Source: a virus. From it: 40,888 nucleotides of DNA. Of this stretch, positions 1-9,049 are shown piece after piece. Numbering within the stretch: position 1 is the first letter of the stretch; each line of letters begins with the position of its first letter. Made by a program: the position numbers and the translations under genes. The notes below the pieces were generated by a model. It saw only the letters and a list, made by a program, of their open reading frames with translations. It was not told the origin of the DNA and ran no database searches. The stretch lies in the IMG/VR virus record IMGVR_UViG_3300013458_000003, positions 1 through 40,888 of that record, one strand, 5' to 3'.

Positions 1-127
1 ACCAACAATGATCTATTTAGGTGGCGACATGCTAAGCATAGGACAACAGATGCGTCGTGAGTGGGAAAAGCAAGAGTTACAGCGATTAGGTTTTAAAGTC
101 TACGCACCACATGACGATAAGGATATA
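1..127. repeat. Terminal redundancy: positions 1-127 are identical to 40762-40888 (circular or permuted genome closure)
   Basis: Direct comparison of the window ends shows the same 127-nt string at both termini. Confidence 0.9.
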
Positions 128-472
128 AATGATAAAGCGAATGCTAAGCAAGATAAACTAGCAGAACGTATTGTGTTTAACGACACACTAGGCATGGAAA
201 TAAGCGATGTAATGATATTTGACTACTTACCTCATGCACAAGGGACAATTTGCGAAATGGGGTACGCACAGCGCCTCAAAAAAGATAGTGAGAAGGATAT
301 TAAGATTTACGTTCAATGTACTGACATCAGACAAGGAACAGGACATGTTTCAGATGAACAGGACCGAGCAGAGTTCAGCATCAATCAGTATGTCTATGGC
401 GTAATTATGGATATTACTGACGGTAGAGGTATTCAAACGTTTGATGAGATATGTGAGGAGTTAATCTCATGA
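8..472 (+). CDS. Nucleoside 2-deoxyribosyltransferase-like protein (gene spans the circular junction; second copy of its 5' end at 40769..40888)
   Basis: 154-aa ORF with a GTICEMGYA motif resembling the catalytic-Glu region (SGTxFExGyA) of the Nuc_deoxyrib_tr fold. Its ATG overlaps the stop of the upstream ORF (ATGA). Confidence 0.5.
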   Translation: MIYLGGDMLSIGQQMRREWEKQELQRLGFKVYAPHDDKDINDKANAKQDKLAERIVFNDTLGMEISDVMIFDYLPHAQGTICEMGYAQRLKKDSEKDIKIYVQCTDIRQGTGHVSDEQDRAEFSINQYVYGVIMDITDGRGIQTFDEICEELIS

Positions 473-654
473 TACTTAGCAACACAATTAACCAACGCTA
501 TCGCTATGCTACACAAGGCAAGACACCTACACAAATACAGCGGGAGTTACGTGAGTTAGGTGTCAAAGGCTTTGTTGTTAAGGTAGCAGGAAGTAGAGTG
601 ACGATGAAAGTTAGTGAGTGTGACATAAAAAGGAACAGGGAGTGTTTGAGATGA
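469..654 (+). CDS. Hypothetical small protein
   Basis: 61-aa ORF, start overlaps the upstream stop (ATGA), same strand as the operon. Confidence 0.3.
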   Translation: MILSNTINQRYRYATQGKTPTQIQRELRELGVKGFVVKVAGSRVTMKVSECDIKRNRECLR

Positions 655-1040
655 TACCTAAATTTAGAGTGTGGGATAAAACTAATAAAGAAATGCTCGA
701 TTGGAAAGAATTAGATTTAACAAAAGAACTTGGCGAAGATGAAATAACTATTTTTGAGCCAACAGGTCAGTTTGCACAACCTATGTACTTTTATGAAACT
801 ATGCAATCAACAGGCTTGAAAGATAAGAATGGTACCGAAATTTATGAGGGGGATATTGTTAAACATTCAGAGAAACCTAATCCATGTTTTAGTTACCCCT
901 TTGAAGTTATACAAGCTAGAACTGGAGAATGGAGATTAGATAATTTTAGATGTGGCACAGTGTTAGCATTTAGTAATCAAGATGAGTTGGAAGTATTAGG
1001 AAACATCTACGAAAACCCAGAGTTATTGGAGGATAACTAA
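651..1040 (+). CDS. YopX-family protein
   Basis: N-terminus MIPKFRVWDKTNKEM matches the characteristic M.KFRaWDK start of YopX proteins. GGGAG sits 8 nt upstream of the ATG at 651. Confidence 0.55.
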   Translation: MIPKFRVWDKTNKEMLDWKELDLTKELGEDEITIFEPTGQFAQPMYFYETMQSTGLKDKNGTEIYEGDIVKHSEKPNPCFSYPFEVIQARTGEWRLDNFRCGTVLAFSNQDELEVLGNIYENPELLEDN

Positions 1041-1385
1041 TTGGACATCAACAATCTCTACACCTACAAAGCAACATGCACCCATGTTGTGGACGGGGAT
1101 ACTTTGGATATTTTACTCGATTATGGCTTTGATACCTACGCTAAACGTCGTGTACGTTTGCTAGGTGTCGATACGCCAGAGAGAGGACAGGATAAGTTTA
1201 AAGAGGCAACAGCGTTCACTAGAGAATGTGTAGAACATAAAGACATCTATGTTCAGACGTACAAGAGCGATGTGTTCGGTAGGTATCTCGCTAACGTGTG
1301 GTACGAGGACGGGACACGTAGTTTGAATGATGATCTAAGGGACGCAGGACTATTGAAAGAGAATTCGAAATGGAATGAGGGGTAG
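1041..1385 (+). CDS. Thermonuclease / staphylococcal-nuclease (SNase)-like protein
   Basis: VVDGDT....VRLLGVDTPE motifs are typical of the SNase fold. TTG start directly after the upstream stop. Confidence 0.7.
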   Translation: MDINNLYTYKATCTHVVDGDTLDILLDYGFDTYAKRRVRLLGVDTPERGQDKFKEATAFTRECVEHKDIYVQTYKSDVFGRYLANVWYEDGTRSLNDDLRDAGLLKENSKWNEG

Positions 1386-1387
1386 GA

Positions 1388-1630
1388 ATGGTAGAAGTTA
1401 AGTTATCACAAGAAAGTTATGATGAATTGTTAAAAGATATAAAAGCATTAAGATTACAACCAGATACTTATTTTGAACAATGGCAAGACGCTAAAAGGAA
1501 AGCAGAGGCGTTTGATGAGATAGCAGTAACTGTATTATCTGAAGATAACGATGTGATAAAAAACATGAATAACATAGTAACTAAAATAGTTATAAATAAT
1601 TTGGAGCGTGGTAGTGATGTGGAGAGTTAA
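1388..1630 (+). CDS. Hypothetical protein
   Basis: 80-aa ORF, tight spacing in the operon. Confidence 0.35.
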   Translation: MVEVKLSQESYDELLKDIKALRLQPDTYFEQWQDAKRKAEAFDEIAVTVLSEDNDVIKNMNNIVTKIVINNLERGSDVES

Positions 1631-1801
1631 AGAGTTAAAGATTTTGAAATTTATGACGATAGGTCAGCTGCTGAAAAATTAGAAAGATACTTATCGGTAT
1701 ATCCAAACTTACATGTGCTAGGTTATTCAGTTAATCACTTTGAGAATGCGAATAACAAAGAACGTTCATATATTTTAATAAAATTTTGGGAGGAACAATA
1801 A

Positions 1802-2224
1802 ATGACAATTTTACCAATTAAAAAACTAAGTGAGAAAGCAATTTTACCAACAAGAGCAAATCCGACAGATAGTGGATTAGATTTATATGTAGCAGAAGAT
1901 ACAACGATTCTAGCGCATAGTACAAAAGTAGTACCAACACACATTGCGATTGATTTAGCGTATGGATATGAAGCTCAAGTGAGACCACGTTCAGGTAAAT
2001 CGAAAGATACAAAATTACGCGTAGCACTTGGGACAATTGATCACACATATAACAAAGAAATCGGAATCATTACAGATAATATCGGTGATGAGGCAATCGT
2101 AGTTAAAGCAGGAACACGCTTAGCGCAGTTAGTTGTTACACCAGTGATGCTACCAGATCCATTGGAGGTGCAAGAGTTTGATGAAGAATCAGAACGTGGA
2201 GCATACGGAAGCACAGGGGAGTAA
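1802..2224 (+). CDS. dut: dUTP diphosphatase (trimeric dUTPase)
   Basis: The ORF has the PTRA..DSGLDLY, RPRSGKS and GTIDHTYN motifs of trimeric dUTPases. RBS GGGAGG lies upstream. Confidence 0.85.
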   Translation: MTILPIKKLSEKAILPTRANPTDSGLDLYVAEDTTILAHSTKVVPTHIAIDLAYGYEAQVRPRSGKSKDTKLRVALGTIDHTYNKEIGIITDNIGDEAIVVKAGTRLAQLVVTPVMLPDPLEVQEFDEESERGAYGSTGE

Positions 2225-2260
2225 GGATATATTAGAAAAAGTAAAAGAGGTGCTGGGGAA

Positions 2261-2479
2261 GTGACACAATTCTTGGTTAGAGAATTCACAGATAGCACAG
2301 GTTATGTGCATGTCAATGTAGAACAACCTAGAGAGAATGAGAAAATTTATATTGTAGAAGCGAATAGTAAAGAGCAGGCAAAACTAAGACATACTGCTAA
2401 CAAATTAAAAAAAGCGTTCAGAGTTTTAGCTAATGGTATGGAAAATTTGTCAAGAAAGCTAGGTGGTAGGAATGATTAA
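2261..2479 (+). CDS. Hypothetical protein (GTG start)
   Basis: 72-aa ORF, AAGAGGTG upstream. Confidence 0.35.
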   Translation: MTQFLVREFTDSTGYVHVNVEQPRENEKIYIVEANSKEQAKLRHTANKLKKAFRVLANGMENLSRKLGGRND

Positions 2480-2654
2480 ACGCATACTTAAAGATTTATT
2501 CTTAATCGCTATGTATGAGTTAGGGAAGTATCTCACTTCTCTACTCATCACTATTTTAGAAAGTGAAGACGATATTGATACTGCACCTAAAGACTTTGCT
2601 AGTGAGTGGGATCAGATTGATTTGAATAAAATTAGGGCGGAGGTGAGTGAGTAG
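2463..2654 (+). CDS. Hypothetical small acidic protein
   Basis: 63-aa ORF overlapping the neighbour's stop. Confidence 0.35.
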   Translation: MVGMIKRILKDLFLIAMYELGKYLTSLLITILESEDDIDTAPKDFASEWDQIDLNKIRAEVSE

Positions 2655-3085
2655 TGTTTAAAAATATAGAGGAACCTATCATGATGACGAATAGAAACGA
2701 AAAATGGATAGTTGTATTAGATGAACCCAAAAACAAAAAGTTATTTGAAGAACAATGGTCTGATACAAAATTAGATAGCGAATGGAAAGTTTATTTTAAG
2801 CCTCATGATGAATTTTGGAGAAGCACCAAAATTGAAATAAAAAGAGCTGAGGAAAAAACACGTTTAAAAAGAGAAAGAGAAATTAAAACTCCAACTATCG
2901 ATGAAGATATTAAACGTATAAACAGTAAAGAAAGTTTGGTTGATTATTTATTAAAAGAATACTATTACAATTCCGAAATACTCATTGACGAATTCTCAAC
3001 TGACGCCGAAGTATCAGAAGCAAAGCTTAAAGCTAATTATAATGAGTTATTAAAACTTAAAGATAAATATATTGGAGGTAAGTAA
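2654..3085 (+). CDS. Hypothetical protein (charged, K/E-rich)
   Basis: 143-aa ORF. The region is AT-rich. Confidence 0.4.
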   Translation: MFKNIEEPIMMTNRNEKWIVVLDEPKNKKLFEEQWSDTKLDSEWKVYFKPHDEFWRSTKIEIKRAEEKTRLKREREIKTPTIDEDIKRINSKESLVDYLLKEYYYNSEILIDEFSTDAEVSEAKLKANYNELLKLKDKYIGGK

Positions 3086-3591
3086 TGGATTTGATGAAAA
3101 TAATTTCTATAATCCTTCTATTTTTCTTATGGGCGTATATTCTTTATAGATGGAAAAAGGCTGAAAGAGAATTAGATAAATCTAAAGAAGAAACTCAGTG
3201 TTATCGAGAAGAAAAAATAAGAGCTGAAAATGATTTGTATGAATGTTTAAAATCTAAAGAATCAATAATGTATGGAACATTAATAAATACATCAAAAGAT
3301 AAAGTTGGTAAAAAGTATAAAATAGACGCAAACAAATGGTTAGATGCTCAAAAGGAAAATGGATCAATACCAATTAAACAATCATTTGTATTAAAAACTA
3401 AGAACGGTAGATATTTTCAAGATGTAGTTAAGATGTATGTAAATAACGAGAACTTAATAGAAAAAGTAATGCAAACTACTGATGATATTTCGAAAGTAAA
3501 GGAATATAGTACACATAAAGAAGCTAACGACGAAGCAATTAAATATGATTTTAAAGTTCTAGCACTTAATACTTATGTAAAGGAGTTATAG
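3085..3591 (+). CDS. Hypothetical membrane-anchored protein (N-terminal TM helix plus coiled coil)
   Basis: 168-aa ORF. The hydrophobic segment IISIILLFFLWAYILY is followed by charged coiled-coil-like sequence. Confidence 0.4.
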   Translation: MDLMKIISIILLFFLWAYILYRWKKAERELDKSKEETQCYREEKIRAENDLYECLKSKESIMYGTLINTSKDKVGKKYKIDANKWLDAQKENGSIPIKQSFVLKTKNGRYFQDVVKMYVNNENLIEKVMQTTDDISKVKEYSTHKEANDEAIKYDFKVLALNTYVKEL

Positions 3592-3594
3592 CCT

Positions 3595-3783
3595 ATGTGG
3601 ATAGCATTAACCATTATACTCGGCGTACTTCTACTCATAGCAATAGGTAACAACACAGTGTTACGTCAGGAGTTAGACGCACAGAGATATACGAATGTGT
3701 ATCTGTTTACTAAGTACGTGAGAGATTGCGACATAGAAGATGTGGAGTTTGAAATACAAAGAGCGAAGAAACAGTTTAAGTAA
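3595..3783 (+). CDS. Small membrane protein
   Basis: 62-aa ORF with N-terminal TM segment WIALTIILGVLLLIAIG. Confidence 0.35.
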   Translation: MWIALTIILGVLLLIAIGNNTVLRQELDAQRYTNVYLFTKYVRDCDIEDVEFEIQRAKKQFK

Positions 3784-3803
3784 ACATAAAATACTACACT
3801 GAT

Positions 3804-3836
3804 GTTGATATAATGTAACAAAGGAGTGTCTAATCA
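3804..3836 (+). promoter_or_regulatory. Putative extended -10 promoter (TGaTATAAT at 3806-3814) and AAGGAG RBS (3821-3826) for the 95-aa/HTH pair
   Basis: Read from the sequence. Lies downstream of the stop at 3783. Confidence 0.35.
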
Positions 3837-4124
3837 GTGCTTATATTTTCAGAAGATATAGTTAATGAAATTGTTAATAAATCAAGAGAATCAAATAATA
3901 AAGAATGTACAATCACTTTAAACGTTTCTGGCGTATCGTACAAAGAGTTGATAAAAGCAATGAATAAATTAAAAAGTATGTTCGATGAAGTTAGAGTGTT
4001 GATGAATTATAACGGTAATATAGAGGATATAAAACCTAATAAACCACATTTAATTCCAAAAGATAATGAATTTGTAATTTATCAAATCACAGTATGGAAA
4101 ACAAATGATTTTTATTGTTTGTGA
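3837..4124 (+). CDS. Hypothetical small protein (GTG start), first gene of a 2-gene cassette
   Basis: 95-aa ORF. AAGGAG lies 10 nt upstream of the GTG. Confidence 0.4.
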   Translation: MLIFSEDIVNEIVNKSRESNNKECTITLNVSGVSYKELIKAMNKLKSMFDEVRVLMNYNGNIEDIKPNKPHLIPKDNEFVIYQITVWKTNDFYCL

Positions 4125-4150
4125 AGAATTGTAGTAATGGAGGTAATGTA

Positions 4151-4372
4151 ATGACATTCGGCGAGAACTTAAAAGCGATTAGAAAAAGAATGAAACTTAC
4201 TCAACAAGAGATGGCGGATAGAATGGATATAAGCCAATCATATTTGTCAGATATGGAGAATAGTAGAAAATGTCTGAATGTGAATACTGCATTACTAACT
4301 GCTAAGAGACTAGGAATATCTGTGAATGAATTAGTTAACGATGATATAGACGTAACTGAATATAATAACTAA
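4151..4372 (+). CDS. XRE-family helix-turn-helix DNA-binding protein
   Basis: LKAIRKRMKLTQQEMADRMDISQSYLSDMENSRK is a classic HTH_XRE. GGAGG lies 8 nt upstream of the ATG at 4151. Confidence 0.55.
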   Translation: MTFGENLKAIRKRMKLTQQEMADRMDISQSYLSDMENSRKCLNVNTALLTAKRLGISVNELVNDDIDVTEYNN

Positions 4373-4385
4373 CGGAGGTAATCAC

Positions 4386-4844
4386 TTGTACACACACGAA
4401 CAAATAAGGGATATGATATTTGAATACCATTGGCGTAGAAATAGATTAGTAGATGAGGGATATACCAAAGAGAGTAACGGTACTGCTCAATATGGTATAG
4501 AGGCTACTATGCCTAAAGGTAAAGGACATACTTCAAATAAGGTATTGAATATCGTCACACGTAACGACACATTGTACAGAGTGTTGTACAAACATATAGA
4601 AGTTGTAGAGTTTATAGATAAGTATGAACATGAGATAAATGATGATATGAATCTTAATATCTTATATGAGTTTAAGAAAGGAAAGAACTTCACTCAAGTC
4701 AAAAAGATTATGAAGATTGGTAGAGATAATTTAAACAAAAGAATAGATGAGATTGTGAACAGTTATATCAATCAACAAGAACAACACAAACAACAACATC
4801 AACACAATCAACAACTTCAACAAGATAAGCAACATCAACACTAA
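4386..4844 (+). CDS. Putative late-gene transcriptional activator (ArpU/RinA-like position and size), with a Q/H-rich tail
   Basis: 152-aa ORF immediately upstream of the HNH-cos-terS packaging block. TTG start with GGAGG 7 nt upstream. The C-terminus has a possible HTH, then poly-Q/H low complexity. Confidence 0.35.
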   Translation: MYTHEQIRDMIFEYHWRRNRLVDEGYTKESNGTAQYGIEATMPKGKGHTSNKVLNIVTRNDTLYRVLYKHIEVVEFIDKYEHEINDDMNLNILYEFKKGKNFTQVKKIMKIGRDNLNKRIDEIVNSYINQQEQHKQQHQHNQQLQQDKQHQH

Positions 4845-4944
4845 TTTTTAATATACTTATATAAGTTTTATAATTGAGTTAACACGATATGAATATACAG
4901 GCACATCACACAGGTGGTGTGTCTTTTATTATGGAGGTGAGCTT

Positions 4945-5670
4945 GTGGATATTATTATAGTATATGGTCCACCTGCAAGTGGTAAGACTACATATGTTAA
5001 GCAACATATAACTAATGAAGACATGGTTTATGATTATAATGCTATATCACAATCACTCACACTAAGTGATCAATACTGTATGCCACAGGCTCATGACACT
5101 TGTATACTCATACGCAATATGATGCTCGATTATACTCAACATATAAGTAAAGGTAAGTTATATGTCATTACTACTTATTTATCCAAGAAGATAACAGATA
5201 GAGTATCTAACTATCACATAGTTAGAATGGATACTGATATAGATACGTGTATCGAACGCGTGAACAATAGTGATAGACCAGATAAAGATAAAGCCAAGCA
5301 AGTTATAAGAGAATGGTTTAATGATGGTAAAAGTAAACCTGCAAGTGATCGTCATGTAGATAAAGAAACAATGAGATTTTATAAATCAAAAAAGTGGCGT
5401 GAACTCAGAGAAAAGGTTTTATTAAGAGATAATTATGAATGCCAAGAATGCAAAAAGGAAGGCATAGTAAAAACTATAGATTACACAAAACACAAGTCTC
5501 TTGATGTTGACCATATTAAAGAGTTAGATAGTCATCCTGATTTAGCTTACGATATGGATAATTTAATCACGCTATGTGTGAGTTGTCATAACAAAAAGCA
5601 TAATAGATATCAAAAAGGGAAAGCATTTCCTAAAAAAGAAACAAAATGGACTGGCGATGAATGGTGGTAA
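4945..5670 (+). CDS. HNH endonuclease fused to an N-terminal P-loop NTPase/kinase-like domain
   Basis: Walker A GPPASGKTT at the N-terminus. The C-terminus carries CQECKK..VDHIKE..NLITLCVSCHNKKH (HNH). GTG start with a GGAGGTGA RBS. Confidence 0.75.
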   Translation: MDIIIVYGPPASGKTTYVKQHITNEDMVYDYNAISQSLTLSDQYCMPQAHDTCILIRNMMLDYTQHISKGKLYVITTYLSKKITDRVSNYHIVRMDTDIDTCIERVNNSDRPDKDKAKQVIREWFNDGKSKPASDRHVDKETMRFYKSKKWRELREKVLLRDNYECQECKKEGIVKTIDYTKHKSLDVDHIKELDSHPDLAYDMDNLITLCVSCHNKKHNRYQKGKAFPKKETKWTGDEWW

Positions 5671-5674
5671 AAAA

Positions 5675-5805
5675 ATAAATAGCCCCCCACTTAAATATTT
5701 TTGGATTAAATTGTTGAAGGGGAAACGGGGCAGGGGAGTCTTCTCCCGACATTTATTATAATTTTTTCACGTATGACCCCCTCCTAGATAAACTGAAATG
5801 AGGTG
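5675..5805. other. GC-rich intergenic segment between HNH and terS: candidate cos site
   Basis: GCCCCCCA, GGGGCAGGGGAG and GACCCCCTCC tracts in an otherwise AT-rich genome. The position between the HNH endonuclease and terS is typical of staphylococcal cos phages. Confidence 0.35.
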
Positions 5806-5813
5806 ATATTGCG

Positions 5814-6197
5814 ATGGAACGTAACGAAGAACAAATTAAACAACATGAAGCTCGTGTAAAAAAAGAAAAACAACGACTGGATAAAATATTTAAATCTATA
5901 CCTGATGATAAAAAACGGGTAGCACAAGGTTTAATTGTTCAAGCTGCACGAATGCGTATATTATTAGATGATGCATGGTTGGACATTCAAGAAAAAGGCG
6001 ATTATGAGTTATTTACTCAATCTGAGAGCGCTCCTCCATATGAAAGAGAAAGACCTATTGCTAAGCTTTTCAACTCACGAGATGCGGCTTATCAAAAGAT
6101 AATCATGCAATTATCTAAACTACTTCCAGAAGAAATAGATGTTGTGGTTGATAAAGAGACTGGCAATTTAAGGAGTATGGTGGATGGAGATAAATAA
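5814..6197 (+). CDS. terS: Terminase small subunit (P27-family-like)
   Basis: 127-aa ORF directly upstream of and overlapping terL, and downstream of the putative cos site. Confidence 0.65.
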   Translation: MERNEEQIKQHEARVKKEKQRLDKIFKSIPDDKKRVAQGLIVQAARMRILLDDAWLDIQEKGDYELFTQSESAPPYERERPIAKLFNSRDAAYQKIIMQLSKLLPEEIDVVVDKETGNLRSMVDGDK

Positions 6198-7851
6198 ACA
6201 TGTCAAATGGTACATCGATAAGTATAAGCATGGTGAAATCAGACTTAATAGCGATAGGATAAAACTTATTGATCATTTAGAAAATAATGTCTTATATAGA
6301 GATGATTTGTATTTTGATAATGAGCAAATCGAATTGTGCATCGCTTTTATTGAACGGTTTTACTTTAAATTACAACCCTTTCAGAAGTTTTTAATAGCAT
6401 TTGTATTTCTCTTTGATGAGGAAGATGAACTTTATTTCGAACAATTCTTTTGGCTTGTTGCACGTGGTGCTGGTAAAAACGGTCTAATAAGCGGATTATC
6501 GACATATTTCATTAGTGAATTGCATGGTATTGATAATTATGATGGTACTGTTGTAGCCAATACAGAAAAACAAGCTAAAACATCATTTGAAGAAATGCAT
6601 AGAATGATAATCAAACACGGACTATATGAAGGGAAGATCAATGACGTAGAAGGCGAAGGTGTATTCGACCTTACAAAACTTAGAATAACTTCTACTAAAA
6701 CGCAAAGCAAGTTTGAGTATGCAACAAGTAATGCAGGTAGTAAAGATGGTGGACGTGAAGGTTTTATTATTTATGATGAGGTTCATAGATATGAAAACAA
6801 TGATATTGTGGACGTATTCTCTAGTGGCTTAGGTAAAGTGAAGCACCCTAGAGAATTTTTTATTGGTACAGACGGATATGTACGTGAGGGGTTCTTAGAC
6901 AAAATGAAGGAGCGTTCGAAAGAAATATTGGAAGGACGTGCAACCGACGACCGTTTGTTTCCGTTTATCTGTCGTTTAGATCATAAAGATGAAAAAGATG
7001 ATCCTTCAACATGGTCAAAAGCAAATCCTATGTTTGAAGAACCTATGAGCGACTATGGAAAGCGTCTTTATCGTAAAGTATTAAATCAATATCATGATTT
7101 AAAACATAGTCCTAGCGGTTATGAAAATTTTATGACTAAACGAATGAACCTTCCAGAAGAAGATTCGAGTAAAATTGTAGCATCACGTGATGATGTATTA
7201 GCAACAAGTCGAGATATACCCCCACTTAAAAACAAAACTGCCATTGGTGGGGTGGATTACGCAAGTATTAAAGACTTTGCGGCTGTAGGTTTGTTGTTTA
7301 AACAAGGAGAAGATGTTGTTTGGTTATCCCACTCTTTCGCTAGAAAAGAATATTTAGATCAAGCACAATTAAAGCCTCCAATCAAGGAATGGGAACGCAG
7401 AGGGCATCTTACGATAGTAGATGAACCGTCAATTAATCCCGCACACATAGTGAATTGGTTTATAAAAATGCGCGAAAAATATGCGATTCAAAAGGTTGTG
7501 GCAGATAATTTCCGCATGGATTTAATTCGTCCTCTATTTGAAGAATCTGGATTTGAGATTGAAGTGTTACGAAATCCAAGAGGTGTGCATAGTAAACTAG
7601 CACCTCGTATAGAAACATTATTTGCCAACCATAGAATTATATTTGGAGATAATCCTTTAATGCGTTGGTATACGAACAATGTTGCGGTACAAGTTAAAAA
7701 AGATGGTAATAAAGAATTTATTAAAAAAGATGAACATAGACGTAAAACTGATGGTTTCCATGCTTTCTTACACGCTTTATACAGTATAGATGAAATACAA
7801 GAAATCGATTTAGATAAAGCGTTTGATTTATTAGATCAACTTAATTTTTAG
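6184..7851 (+). CDS. terL: Terminase large subunit
   Basis: 555 aa. Walker A LVARGAGKNG, IIYDEVH Walker B-like, C-terminal nuclease domain. Confidence 0.9.
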   Translation: MEINKHVKWYIDKYKHGEIRLNSDRIKLIDHLENNVLYRDDLYFDNEQIELCIAFIERFYFKLQPFQKFLIAFVFLFDEEDELYFEQFFWLVARGAGKNGLISGLSTYFISELHGIDNYDGTVVANTEKQAKTSFEEMHRMIIKHGLYEGKINDVEGEGVFDLTKLRITSTKTQSKFEYATSNAGSKDGGREGFIIYDEVHRYENNDIVDVFSSGLGKVKHPREFFIGTDGYVREGFLDKMKERSKEILEGRATDDRLFPFICRLDHKDEKDDPSTWSKANPMFEEPMSDYGKRLYRKVLNQYHDLKHSPSGYENFMTKRMNLPEEDSSKIVASRDDVLATSRDIPPLKNKTAIGGVDYASIKDFAAVGLLFKQGEDVVWLSHSFARKEYLDQAQLKPPIKEWERRGHLTIVDEPSINPAHIVNWFIKMREKYAIQKVVADNFRMDLIRPLFEESGFEIEVLRNPRGVHSKLAPRIETLFANHRIIFGDNPLMRWYTNNVAVQVKKDGNKEFIKKDEHRRKTDGFHAFLHALYSIDEIQEIDLDKAFDLLDQLNF

Positions 7852-7870
7852 TGATAAAGGAGGTGGTTAA

Positions 7871-9049
7871 TTGGGCTTTCTGGATGCAGTATTTAAACGT
7901 AATTTAGAATTAAGAGATATGCTCGATTTAGATTTAGCAAACGACCCAGCCAATCGTTCATATTTAAAGCGTATGGCTATTGAAACTGTAATTAATTTTA
8001 TTTCACGAACATTCAGCCAATCTGAATTTTGGGTTAAAGATGATCAAGAACTAAAGCAAGATAAATTGTATTATAAACTGAATGTAAGACCTAACACAGA
8101 CTCAAGCGCTACTGATTTTTGGCACAAAGTTATTTACAAATTGGTTTATGACAACGAGGTTCTAATCATTAAAAGCGACTCAGATGACTTATTGATTGCT
8201 GATGATTTTTATAGAGAAGAATTTGCTGTTTACGAAGATGTTTTTAAAGATATTATTGTAAAAGACTTCAAATTCGAACGTTCTTTTAGGATGAATGAAG
8301 TTATATATTTAAATTACAACAACGATAAGTTACAAAGATTTGTTGAGAGCTTATTTGCAGATTATGGAGAACTTTTCGGACGCATGATGGATACGCAACT
8401 TCGTAAAAATCAAATCAGAGGGATTGTTAGCGTTGATTCTGGCGGTGGAAATATCGATAATGTAAAAATGACAAGATTGCAAAAGTATATTGATAAAATT
8501 TATAGTCAATTTAAGAATAATGGTGTTGCAATCGTACCTCAAGTACCAGGATTCGAATATAAAGAACTGTCAAAAGATAGCACAACCGGTAACGATAATG
8601 GCGGAGAGAATCTACAAAAAGTCAAACGCATGATTATTGATGATGTTGCGAAAATTGTAGGGATTCCATCGAACTTAATACATGGAGATGTTGCAGATTT
8701 AAGTAATGCTATGAGTGCATATATAGATTTCTGCATTAATCCTTTAATTTCAAAAATCGAAGATGAATTGAATAGCAAGTTTTTTACTGAAAGCGAATTT
8801 TTAAGTGGTAAACGTATAAAAGTTGTTGGTATCAATACGGTAAATCCAATCAAGAATGCAGAAAAAGTAGACAAATTAATATCATCAAGCGCAGCTAAAC
8901 AAAATGAAGTTCGTGAAATGCTCGGTCTTGCACCTGTTGAAGGTGGAGACCGTTTTATTTTGACTAAAAACTATCAACCTGAGGATGAATTGAAAGGGGG
9001 TGAGAATGAAAATGAAGACGAAACAAGAGCTAATGAAAGCAACGTCTAA
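7871..9049 (+). CDS. Portal protein (HK97-family-like)
   Basis: 392 aa. Position after terL. TTG start with AAGGAGGTG RBS. Confidence 0.75.
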   Translation: MGFLDAVFKRNLELRDMLDLDLANDPANRSYLKRMAIETVINFISRTFSQSEFWVKDDQELKQDKLYYKLNVRPNTDSSATDFWHKVIYKLVYDNEVLIIKSDSDDLLIADDFYREEFAVYEDVFKDIIVKDFKFERSFRMNEVIYLNYNNDKLQRFVESLFADYGELFGRMMDTQLRKNQIRGIVSVDSGGGNIDNVKMTRLQKYIDKIYSQFKNNGVAIVPQVPGFEYKELSKDSTTGNDNGGENLQKVKRMIIDDVAKIVGIPSNLIHGDVADLSNAMSAYIDFCINPLISKIEDELNSKFFTESEFLSGKRIKVVGINTVNPIKNAEKVDKLISSSAAKQNEVREMLGLAPVEGGDRFILTKNYQPEDELKGGENENEDETRANESNV

